Source of the DNA: Paramecium tetraurelia
Taxonomy: Eukaryota
Length of the DNA stretch: 22,550 bases
Reading direction: 5' to 3'
Assembly: GCA_000165425.1 (NCBI GenBank)
Contig: CT868674.1
Span: forward strand, 310,001-332,550
Notes under the pieces: model-generated
What the model was told of the DNA's origin: nothing
Databases searched by the model: none
What the model saw: only the letters and a program-made list of their open reading frames with translations
Part shown: one piece after another, positions 1-10,503 of the stretch
Layout of the letters: the number at the start of each line of letters is the position of its first letter
Position numbering within the stretch: position 1 is the stretch's first letter
Position numbers and translations under genes: made by a program

Positions 1-3000
1 GATCTTCTTCTTCACCTTGAGGTGCATCCAAAGATGGCAACTCTTCTGCTCCTTCTTCAATAGCCTTATTTCTTGCCTCCACTCTTTCTTAATACCTTTT
101 CTATCTTAACTCTTCCATTTTCGTCTAATATTCATCTTCAATAACTTTCTAATTGAAATTTCGTTTAAAGAAGTTTTCTTATTCTACTTTTAATAAAATA
201 ACATATTCAGGTAATTTTTTGGCTTCAACCAATAAATCAACAATTGGAGTTGAAACAATCTCTTCTGAAACATCAAAGAAATTAGCATTAATAATAACAC
301 CAGCACAATCTAAGATTTTATTTAATACTTCAATTTCATGAGCTTTGCGATCGAAATCAGCAGGATCTTCAGTGATTTCAGCATCTGGAATTTCTTTACC
401 CTCAGCATCTAATTCCTTAGGTTTAAATCCTTTCAAGTAATATCTATTCAATTATCTATTCTTTTTATTAATTTCTAAATTTTAAATTAAATTAGCTTTC
501 AAATCTAAAACTGGTAACTTATATAATCTATTCAATATTTTCAATTGAGTTCGCAACCCACTTCCTCTTACACCAATAAACATAATTCTTGGTTGTGGTA
601 TTGTAATTTATGATGGAACATACAATTAGACATTATCTTTGAATATTTATTATTCTTTCTCTCCATAAAATCTATATACCCTCCCTCTAACTAAAGCAAT
701 AATTTCTTCCTTTCCTGGTACTAACCAATTGGTTTTTTATAATGTAACAGGACAATAATTAGCATAATCACCATAAGGAATAGGTTCTTCCCCCTCTTAT
801 ACATCTGCTGGTACTCTCACTAGGCTTTCATCATCAGCTCGAATATAAAATGGGTCCAAAGCTAAACGTACTCTAGACCAGACTTCCTCTTTTGTTCCAT
901 CAATAGGTACTTCTTTAACATTCTCTTCTTAATAAGCTTCTTTTAACAATGCAGACAAAGCATTGACTTAAGTTAATTCTTATTCAATTAAAAGGTCAGG
1001 ATTACGTTATAATAATAATTATCCTGCTTCTTCTGATCTATCTTAAAGCATTAGAATCTTATCTATTTTAATTCCCCATAGATTCAATTAATCAATTTAT
1101 TCCTATGTTTATGGATACCCAATGATCACAATCCCTTTTGGTTTAGATGTTTCAGGGACTTTCAATTCATTATCCAATAATGGTATGATCTCTTTAGTTG
1201 GTACATCTTCAGGAGGTGGAGTGACTGGTTTAACATTCTCTTCCACAACCTCAACTACTTCTTCCTTCTTCTTCTTTGCTTATTACTTTTTAGCTTCCTT
1301 CTTTTTCTTCTCTTCATCCTCTTCAGGTGGTTGTTCTTCCTCTTCCTTCTTTGGTTCTCCCCATCCTGGAGGTTTCCTTTGTAATGGTATATTTAAATAA
1401 TTTAACACCATAGGTAATACATCTTTAATAGCATTTCCTTTATAGAACTCTTTCCATTCAGCTTCTGTTAAATGAATATCATTTACTCTTGGATCAAATG
1501 TAGATGCTAAATGTTTGGTTCTTTCTTGTTAAGCCTAAACCTTCTTTCTCACAATATCTTCAACATCTACTAATGTCCAGCCATAATACTCAGCTAATTA
1601 ACTGGCTACAGTATTCTTGCCTGAGCACTTAGGACCTTATACCGATACAATGTAAGTTTTAGGCAATTATGGAGGTTTACATAAATATTTTCTAGGATAA
1701 TTGATGAATTTATTTTAATTTTCTTCATTATCAAACAAAAACACTCTGCCAGCATATTCACAAGCGAATTCTGCCTTGCCTGGAATAATCTTGTCTTTTA
1801 ACACTAATTCAACTGCATCAACCTATTACCATTATGACCACATTCTGTAAACCTTTTCATCAGTTAAATTCAATCCTAACAAATCCTTTTCAGAACCACC
1901 CTCTAATTTAACAGCTAATGGTCTTAAGGGTTACCCTTTCAAAATTTAGGCAGATACACGATCAACTAATTATTAAGTTGTCAAACCAGCAGATTGGAGT
2001 GTAATAATATTTTGATCTGGTAAGTGATCGTATAATGATAATAATTTCTATTATGATTTCTAAAAACTTTGAAGTGATTCAACTAAGAATTCTTAATCTA
2101 GAGGTCTATAAAATAGATCCTTTTCTGGTATAATGGGTGGTTTTTCTTCGTCGTCTGGATTGTCTCCTTAATCATCTTCTTCATCTGGATCATTTGGATC
2201 TTTGTATTTTATTTTAGGCCTCTTCTATTCCTCTCTGTCAAATTATGAAGTTGCAACTAAATCATCTTGTTTTTCCATTATTCTAGCAGCAAAATGCAAT
2301 ACATCTTCGTCTGATTATTCTAAATTAACAACATGTGTGAAATATCTACACCCTATTTTCGGTAATACCATTTTGTTTGATAGTATTGAATTCACCCAAA
2401 ATTGATTCTCCAAAGGTAGATCTAATATATAACCTTTATTTTTAGGTAAATCTTATTATAGTTCAACATTAAACAACTATTCCAATTGTTCTTAATTCAA
2501 TTCCCTTCCAAATTTCAATGAATCAATCACTTCTCTCCTCCAAAGGATTCAAAAATTCTTTTAGGATTCCCTTCTTCATCCATTTATGGATTATTTTCAT
2601 TTTCTGCTACTTTTGCATAGATTCTTTGAATTCCCTTTTCCAAGTCCAAGTATTCTAGATCAAGTGATTTAGCCAATACCTTAGCAAATGTACTCCTACC
2701 ACTTCTAGGTTTTCCAATCAAGAATATTTAAGGAGGTGCTTGATTTGCATATTCAATTACATCATCTTCATAAGGATTCTTACTATCAATTGGTAATTAC
2801 CCTTTAGGCGATATGAATTTACTCAAATATGATTAAAATGATGGTAATTAAACATTTGATTATTATTCTTAGATAATTTCTAAAGCAGACTCTAATTATT
2901 ATTAATTTTTTGGTTAATTTAGATCACCCAAGAAAGTTCTTAGGATTGATGGAATGTTCTTTGGTTATCTTTTATCAGGATTGGATGATCTTGTAATATC

Positions 3001-3063
3001 AAAGGTTTATAATTAGGAAGTTAACAGCTATCTTTTTTTGCTGATACTATCTTTCTTTCCCAT
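1..3063 (-). CDS. AK9: Adenylate kinase 9-like protein (multiple AK domains plus YHS-like domains), 5' part; runs off the left edge; start uncertain; frameshift at ~2535-2562
   Basis: Code-6 translation gives three P-loop-like motifs: IFLIGKPRSGRST (~2690-2730), VSVQGPKCSGKNT (~1610-1650) and IMFIGVRGSGLRT (~550-590). It also gives two YHS-like segments typical of AK9 (IPGKAEFACEYAGRVFLFDNEENQNKFINYPRKYLCKPP; YGDYANYCPVTL..WLVPGKEEIIALVRGRVYRF) and acidic E/D linkers. In-frame ATG at 3063-3061. After the shift at ~2535-2562 the frame was open wherever I checked it, down to position 1. Confidence 0.85.
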
Positions 3064-4160
3064 TTCTTGTTTACTTTACTTTTTTAATCAATTCTATAAT
3101 CTTCTTCAGTAAAGAATTCACTTTTGATGTTTATTGTTAATTTTTCTTCTTCATAATTGCTTAATGGATACTAGGACCATTAAACATCTCTGGTGATTTA
3201 TTTACACAACTTATAATATTGTGAATGTAATCCATAAGAATCATCATTCTATTCTATGATAAATTATAATCCAATCTCTGGAACTAATTGACTATTAGGT
3301 AATGTTAACAAGAATGTTTCAGTCACATTGCCAACCAATTTGATTTCCTTAGCAAAGGGATATTAAGCTGATGTAAAATGTTTGTATTCAGTTTGTTGAC
3401 AACTATTATTTATCAAAGCATATATAATGCATTCGCAACTCATTCCAATAGGAATAATTTCATTGAGTGGTGCCAATCTATATTTGATTATTCTACTAGG
3501 AATGACATTTGCACTCTACAATTATTCTTCATTATAGATGTACTATTCAGTATAATAGATTGGGAAGTAAGACTTTTTGGAATCACTTTTCAAACTCTAT
3601 TCAATTTTATCTGCATTATGTATTTTTACAAGTATATGATAATCTATGTCTTTCTTTGTGTCATCTATTGATCATTATATCACAATACCTTTCACATCTA
3701 TCAATTATCGACGATATATGCGAGCATGAATTGTTTTCAAAAGGTAAATTACAGAACTCAAATCTGGCTGAATAATTAGTTAAAACAACAATTAAGTTAA
3801 TGCATCTACAAACACTTGATAACTCGAGTATTCTGGCAAGTTGGGATCCACATCTGTCATCGATTCTAAATACTATTATGATAACTGTTTCAGACTTTCA
3901 TCTGGCAAACATATTACACACTTCATTATTGCTGTAATAACCTATAATAACAATATATATTCACTTCTAACAACTCAGTTGTCAATACTTTTCCCTATGG
4001 ATTCTTTCCAATCTGGTCCCAAAACTTCAACACATTCTTCTAGTATTCCAAATTCTGGGATAAGCTCACGATAAACTTCACACTCAAATTATCTCCTCTC
4101 TATAATCGATCTGTATTGTATAATTAAACACTTACTTTTGTAAAAGAGTGGATTTTACAT
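2823..4160 (-). CDS. Hypothetical protein (~421 aa if it ends at TGA 2825-2823), 3 introns; may instead be the N-terminal part of the AK9-like gene
   Basis: ATG at 4160 (MQNPLFYKNRLQRGDNLSVKF...). Removing GT..AG introns at 4135-4111 (25 nt), 3964-3942 (23 nt) and 3688-3665 (24 nt, contains an in-frame TGA) gives one open code-6 frame to TGA 2825-2823. No domain recognised. Confidence 0.7.
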
Positions 4161-4187
4161 ATTTGTTTTTATTAATTTAATATCTAT
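4161..4187. promoter_or_regulatory. 27-nt AT-rich spacer between two divergent start codons (putative bidirectional promoter region)
   Basis: The minus-strand ATG at 4160 and the plus-strand ATG at 4188 are separated only by atttgtttttattaatttaatatctat. Confidence 0.55.
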
Positions 4188-5117
4188 ATGGGAGGAGGAT
4201 AGTCAAAGGCTTAAAAATTATAATCCTAACGAAGAGCCAACAAACCCCAATTACCACAACATTAGACCCCAGAATAACATTATCAATTCCTTATTAGCGA
4301 ACCTATAAGCAGATACCTTTGGGGTACTCAATTTGATTACGAAACCCTCATCTCAGAAATCCTAATCAGCATTAGTATCAAAAGATTTATGGATTACTTA
4401 CAATACTTTAAGCCTCACATTAGATACATCAAAAAGGCTGAAAAATTATACAACGATGTCACATAATGTTGCTTATACGAAGCAAAATTCAATGATTAAG
4501 ATAAAAAGTTCATGATTGGTGTCCTTATTCTCTTCTTTAGCCTATACCATATATCTAAATTCTAAGTAATTTTTAGTTCATCCGAGAAAAAGTGGTGGGA
4601 GGGTAACTATTTTTAATCACTTCAAAAACATGTTGAGTTACCACCCAAAGACAATGAAAGCTATATTTAAACGTTTGCTGTCTTTATGTCTGATTATTTC
4701 TAAAACAGATTTCAAGAGTTAAAACCATAAAATGATAATAAAAAAGTTGATCTTGTATCTGTAAGAGTATTAGCGGATTATTATTTGTAATTCTTATACA
4801 GTGATTGTTTGTCATACCTTACAGATGCTGATTAATTTGTTAAAGAATATGCTCAATCAAAATAAGAAAATTATCAAACCTAAGGAAGATTCAAATTAGA
4901 AAGTAATATCAAAATCATTACTAAATAATAAAAATAATAACAACAATTATTGTACTAATAATAGCTTCACAATTCAAAAACTCCCTCATAATAGATCGAA
5001 GATATGGAAAGACAATTCAAATTCTTATCTGATCATTCTATGATAGAAAATGCACTGATCGAAGAGTAAAATAAAGAGTTAACACAATAAGTACAAGAAA
5101 CCCCAAAATAAGAATGA
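4188..5117 (+). CDS. Hypothetical 309-aa protein with N-myristoylation motif (MGGGQSK) and Q-rich C-terminal tail; intronless
   Basis: Open code-6 frame from ATG 4188 to TGA 5115-5117 (930 nt). Gly2 and Ser6 fit the N-myristoyltransferase consensus. AT-rich non-coding sequence follows. Confidence 0.85.
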
Positions 5118-6599
5118 ATAATTATAACAATATTCTTACTAAATTTCAACATTATTATATATATACTTAAAATTTATATAAAAATATTTGTTTTTTTCAA
5201 TTATTAGTTTTTGTAAATAAATTTCTAATACTTATTAGGCTTTACATCTCACATACAATAATCATAATTAATCTAATAGGATTTAATCGAAAGTATCTTG
5301 TTTAGAGCATTTTGTAATAAAATCATATCCATCAAAATTTCAATTGTTTTAAGGAATTAAATAAAAAAAAACATAAAATAAATAATAAAAAATAGTTCTG
5401 ACTGTTCACAATTATATTAGCCAAATCATGCTATTTAGAATATATAGAATTCATAATTTGAACATCGAGCTCAATTTTTTAACTTTTACGTAATAATAAA
5501 ATAAATTATATTGTATTGATTAGGAAGGCTTGTAATAAAACTTAATAAAAATTATATTTAATATTATTTTTTTGATATAATTTATTAAATATGCAAAAAA
5601 TTGTCTTTCTTTCAATTTCATTAATTATTTATCAATTAAACTTTCGTTTATTAATCAGTTTAGGATATATTGCAAAAGTACTGTATTTCCTAAATTTAAG
5701 AAGTCTCTAGAATTACAATTATATAGGCTTGAAGCCTTAAAATAAATTACAAATTCATAATTGTAACTTCAAGAAATCAATTTAAAAATACATAAATTAG
5801 TGAAAAATACTCTTAAGATTATATTTCTAGATTTAGATTACTTTTGAGTCCGATCTATGCTTTGATATTTTAAATAAATGTGTTTTATTTTGAATATACT
5901 ATAAGAATATTTAAAATAAACTTAAAACAGAATTTAAAGGAAAATAAAATAATAATAACAACTTATTAAGTTTGAGATGAAAATATTTTCAAATTACTGT
6001 TCACTAACATCTTTAGAGATCGCAACAAAAATAGCATAAAAATACTAATTTCATTACTTAGAGATCTAAATAACTAAATTTAGATAGAGAGTGTTCATTT
6101 TCTATCTTCTATAAGTTAGTATAAAATATCCAAAATTTATTCTAAATCAATACTCAATTTTGCAAGTGAAAATATTGACTTGCAAAAGAATATATATTTG
6201 TAATATAATAACAATAATTTTCATATAAATAAATTCAATTAAAAATAAAAACCATCTAAATTAGTTGCTATGAATTAAATACTAATATTTTTAATTTGAA
6301 ACCGGCTAGTAAGTATCATAAATAAAAATCTCAAACAAGAGTCAAAATCATAAAAATTTGATTAAAATCAGAGGACCATCAATGTAAATAAATTTTGTAT
6401 TCATACAGAATAAAAATCAATGTATTACAATCTAAATTATTAATTTGTATCCAAATGGATTAAAATGGTAATCTAAATTTATTTAATTTTGTTGTAACCA
6501 AATAATAACTAAAATTAATAATTATTAAAAATTGTAATAAATATTATACTCATAATTCATTCTCAAAATTATCTTCATCATTCGAATTACCTTTTAGTT

Positions 6600-7180
6600 A
6601 GAAGAACAAATTTATAATGATATTAATAAAACGATTATGGTGGCTCCAAACAATATGTAAAAGGATGGTGCATCAAATACGTGTGCTTTTTGAATTGTAA
6701 CTATTATCTCAGCATTTCCTGAGTCGTAATAATTATAGGCTGTTAAAATTAAAATAATTTAATTTCGTTATTCAGTCAAATTTACCTTATAGAGAATATA
6801 TTTATTGAAAGGTCAAATGAGCTCCATTATTCAAAAGAACCAATATTTTTACAGATGAATTGTTTTATGCTATTAATGAAAAGCGATAACCACAGTTGTA
6901 TTAAGTGTAAAAATTATGTCCACTTTAAAAAAGAAGAAGAGTTGAAGAAGTAAATTTTAATAATTTGAAATATTATAAACAGTAATCATATGTATTTGAG
7001 ATGGTATGCTGGAAGAATTAGAATACATAAATACTAATAATCCTTAATCGTATTGTGGTGGTCGTGAGATAATAAAATTATGTTTCTTAAAGGGTGTGAA
7101 TGTTTATATAATGTTTTAGATGATTATTTGACTGGGTGTTATTTATGTTTTAATGATTATCAAAAGAAAGAAAAAAAATA
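6600..7180 (+). pseudogene. Possible decayed coding relic, perhaps of a Cys-rich surface-protein gene
   Basis: GC content is slightly above the flanks. Short peptides in different frames (*DGMLEELEYINTNNPQSYCGG, FLKGCECLYNVLDDYLTGCYLCFNDYQ, HSCIKCK) are broken by TGA and frameshifts, and there is no intact ORF. Confidence 0.25.
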
Positions 7181-7204
7181 AATTAGAATTAGAATTAGAA
7201 TTAG
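7181..7204 (+). repeat. (AATTAG)4 microsatellite
   Basis: Four perfect copies of aattag read directly from the sequence. Confidence 0.9.
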
Positions 7205-8151
7205 ATATCCAATTTATAATTAATAAATCTCATTTTTCTATTTTTTTAGGTTTATAAATTATTCTACATTCCAAACTCAAAATGATTAACTTTTGAATTT
7301 TTATAGCCTAAAGATTTTGCATATGAAAATGAATAGGTTAAATGAATATTAACACATATTTGAGTTAAAATTATTAGAATGACTCTGTGTTTATTTTATC
7401 CAAAAAAATTAATTATCGATTTTGAACACAAAAAGTAATTTCAATTTAGGTGACATTAGCCATAATAATCCAATTTCAATAGAACTAACAGGTAGTTTTA
7501 TTGCTACTTCATAAAGATCTATAATTTAAGTGTTAATGCAACAACAAAATACAACAAAACTATGATTTTTGCATTCTGATAATAAACAATTAGAAAAGAC
7601 TTTGACTATGTAATACTGGTATTCTATGGAAATGATTTATTGGTTTTTTGTAGGATATTTTCCTTAAAACTACCTAATTGGGGATTGTTTACATTAGCTA
7701 TCACTTTGACAAGGGGGCCTAAAAGACAGTTGATCCAATATATAAAAAGGAAGTTATAATAAATTATAATATGACCATTATCGGTATTTGTAATTAAAAT
7801 ATCTATTACTATCTAATTAATCTAAATTAATAATGATACTTAATCTAAACCTTTTATTATTGTATTGTTAAATTATCATAGACTTCAAAAGCTTGGGATG
7901 AAAATTTTCCTGAAGGGTTATTTGATCAGAAATTTAAAATTTATAGTTTTAAGTGATTTCACTAAAGAAAGCAATTCTATTAGAAATTCATCAAAATATA
8001 TAACAGTATTATGAAATGCCGATAGATAGCTGAAATAATTTGGTTGAATCTTTCAATTTTAACATGCTAATTATATTATTACACTAAATAATTTATTTAT
8101 TAATTATAATCGAATTGAATAATAATGAATTAATAATTTACATTTTATATA

Positions 8152-9774
8152 ATGATACAATCAAAAATGATAGAAAAAGCAGAAGATTTTTGTTGTTCTA
8201 TGAATCATGCTCATCCAATATAACTAGTAGTTTGTGATACTAGTTTAGGGAAGAATAAAAAACTGTTATGCTCATATTGCATCGACAATTTAGACTCTCA
8301 CCTAAATAATGCAATAAGTTTTTCAAAAGCTTCTAGAATAATTGAAGATAATCAAAAGAAGAAGGCTTAATTAGTGGAAAGTGCCATTTTGATGAATCTC
8401 TAATAGATTTAGGAACTCAAAGAAACATTAATTCAGTTAAAATCAAAAATCAATCTTTAATTAGATGAATTCATTTAAAACTCAACAGAATGGATGTAAA
8501 GTTTATTAAATTTTGGATAATAGAATGTCAATTATAGTTTCTATGAAGAATTAGATAACATAATTAATCAAATTTAGTTTGGAGATTTTGATTGCAAAGC
8601 TCTACATAATTAAATTTAACGAATTAATTACTCTTGGAATAAAAAAATAAGTTCTAACTTAGCTAATTTCAAATCTTTTGAGTTGGCAAAGAAATGCCAA
8701 TAATTTCTATTTAATTTGGAAAATTGTAGTTCAGATAAAGATTAAATACAATAAATTAATTTAATTCAAGGATAGTAGGAAAGCGAAATTGTGAATTAAA
8801 ATTAACCTGATGTAAATTTTAGGTTAATTGAGGATGTTTAGAAATAGATGTAAGATTGTTATGCAATAGTATTTAATAACACTGGATCAATTATGGTGTC
8901 AACAGATGGATAAGATATTTTAATTTGGAATTTTGCATAAGGGTAGCTGAAATAATCGAATAGATATCGAGTGCATTAATTATCTCATCATGTTTAATGT
9001 TTGGTGTATAGCAAAAGAATGAATTCCTTTATTTCTGGTTCTTGGGATAAATCAATCATTTGCTGGAAATAAATTAACTCTAATGAATGGCAATGGTCAT
9101 AATAATATTTTTAGCATACTAATTGGGTTTTTTGTTTAATTTTAAATAAAGAAGAAGATTAACTAATATCAGGTGGTAGAGATAATTAAATAATAATTTG
9201 GAATGTAGATTTAATGAAAAATGAACTAACTTTTCTTTAATCATTAGATAATACCGCAGCAGTATATTCCTTAAGTTTAAATGAATCTGAGACTATATTA
9301 GTATCCTGTGCAAAACATAATTATTTAATATGGGAGAAAATAGATCAAAGGTGGCAGTGTAAATGTAAATAATCGGTTCCTTAGGGAAACTAAATATACT
9401 TTATGAATAATCAACAATTTCTTTGGGTTACAAGTGGAAAGGAAGTTGATTAGATTTTGATCTTTGAGCTATAGAATGGAACCTTTGAATAAAATTAAGA
9501 TAAAACCATTCAATTAAATAATAATGATTAATGTGAGAATGTTTTTGTAAATTTCCCAATAATATACAATAAAGATAAAAAGATCCTATTGATAAGGCAT
9601 AAACATAGCATTTATTTTATTAGGAGAGTTAATGATGCAGAGTTTAAGATATTAGGTTCATTAGATTGTGGCATTGAAGTCATTTAAGGTTCAATGACAA
9701 ATGATGCTTAATATTTAGTATTTTTAGATAGAAAAAAAAAGAAATATACGTCTTATGAGTTATTATTTAGATGA
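8152..9774 (+). CDS. WD40-repeat protein (540 aa) with N-terminal Cys/His cluster and helical region; intronless
   Basis: Open code-6 frame from ATG 8152 (MIQSKMIEKAEDFCCSMNHAHPI..LLCSYC) to TGA 9772-9774. The C-terminal half has WD motifs: HVQCLVYSKRMNSFISGSWDKSIICW, QHTNWVFCLILNKEEDQLISGGRDNQIIIWN and VYSLSLNESETILVSC. Alternative ATG at 8167. Confidence 0.92.
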
Positions 9775-10503
9775 AAATATTATATTTATGATATTGAAAA
9801 AGTTACCTTGCAAGTTAGGATTATTTTTCTTTCTATCAAGAATTTCCAAGTTTCTCTAAAAAGGTTACTCACTTAGACAGGTCTAAAAAGGTTAAGAACT
9901 CAACCTTCATTTCTATGCTTATTTTTGATTTTCTTAGCTAGAGAAATCTAAAGTAATTTCAACATCAAGTATTTTAATTAACTTTGGAAATCTAAATATT
10001 ATTAAAACTTTGGACTTAAATATAATAAAGAAGGATAAGAGATTTATAAAATCATTATGATTTAATTTGACTAAAACTTACCTTGCTTGAAAAATAAGAA
10101 AGAGTGTCATACCAATATTGTAAAGCAATCGTACAGATAAAATTGTTAAATTCTAATAATATCAAATTGTAAAATGATATTTATCAATCTAATCAATATG
10201 TAAATTTTAATTAATCAAAGTTGCTTCCAACTTTTGAATTTCAAAATACATCCAAAAATTGATTCTATAAGATATTAAAGAGAACTTATAGTAAAAAAAA
10301 GTACTATACTAACCTTTTAATTCTCCTCCAAATATTATCAATACTTCAAAATTTCATTCATAATCAATTTATATAATGAGAAAAATTAAATATTGCAACT
10401 AATCAATCAGAGAGCATTTAATCACTATAACTTAAATTTAAAAATTAATCCTATGTATAATATTAAACGAACAAATATTTGATATCTTAAGTTTAATTAT
10501 ATA

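Noticed and set aside
2528..2565. Euplotes-type programmed +1 frameshifting
   Set aside because: That mechanism needs AAA followed by a TAA/TAG stop. Here TAA/TAG are Gln and the site lacks that motif.
7181..7204. Telomeric repeat
   Set aside because: AATTAG does not match the Paramecium telomere repeat TT(T/G)GGG. It is a simple microsatellite.
9907..10500. Apparent minus-strand continuation of the giant gene with in-frame TGAs (TGA=Trp readthrough idea)
   Set aside because: The gene has a natural-looking end at 10504. The downstream peptides are low-complexity AT-rich translations with stops in all frames. Trp is encoded by TGG and TGA terminates the other genes.
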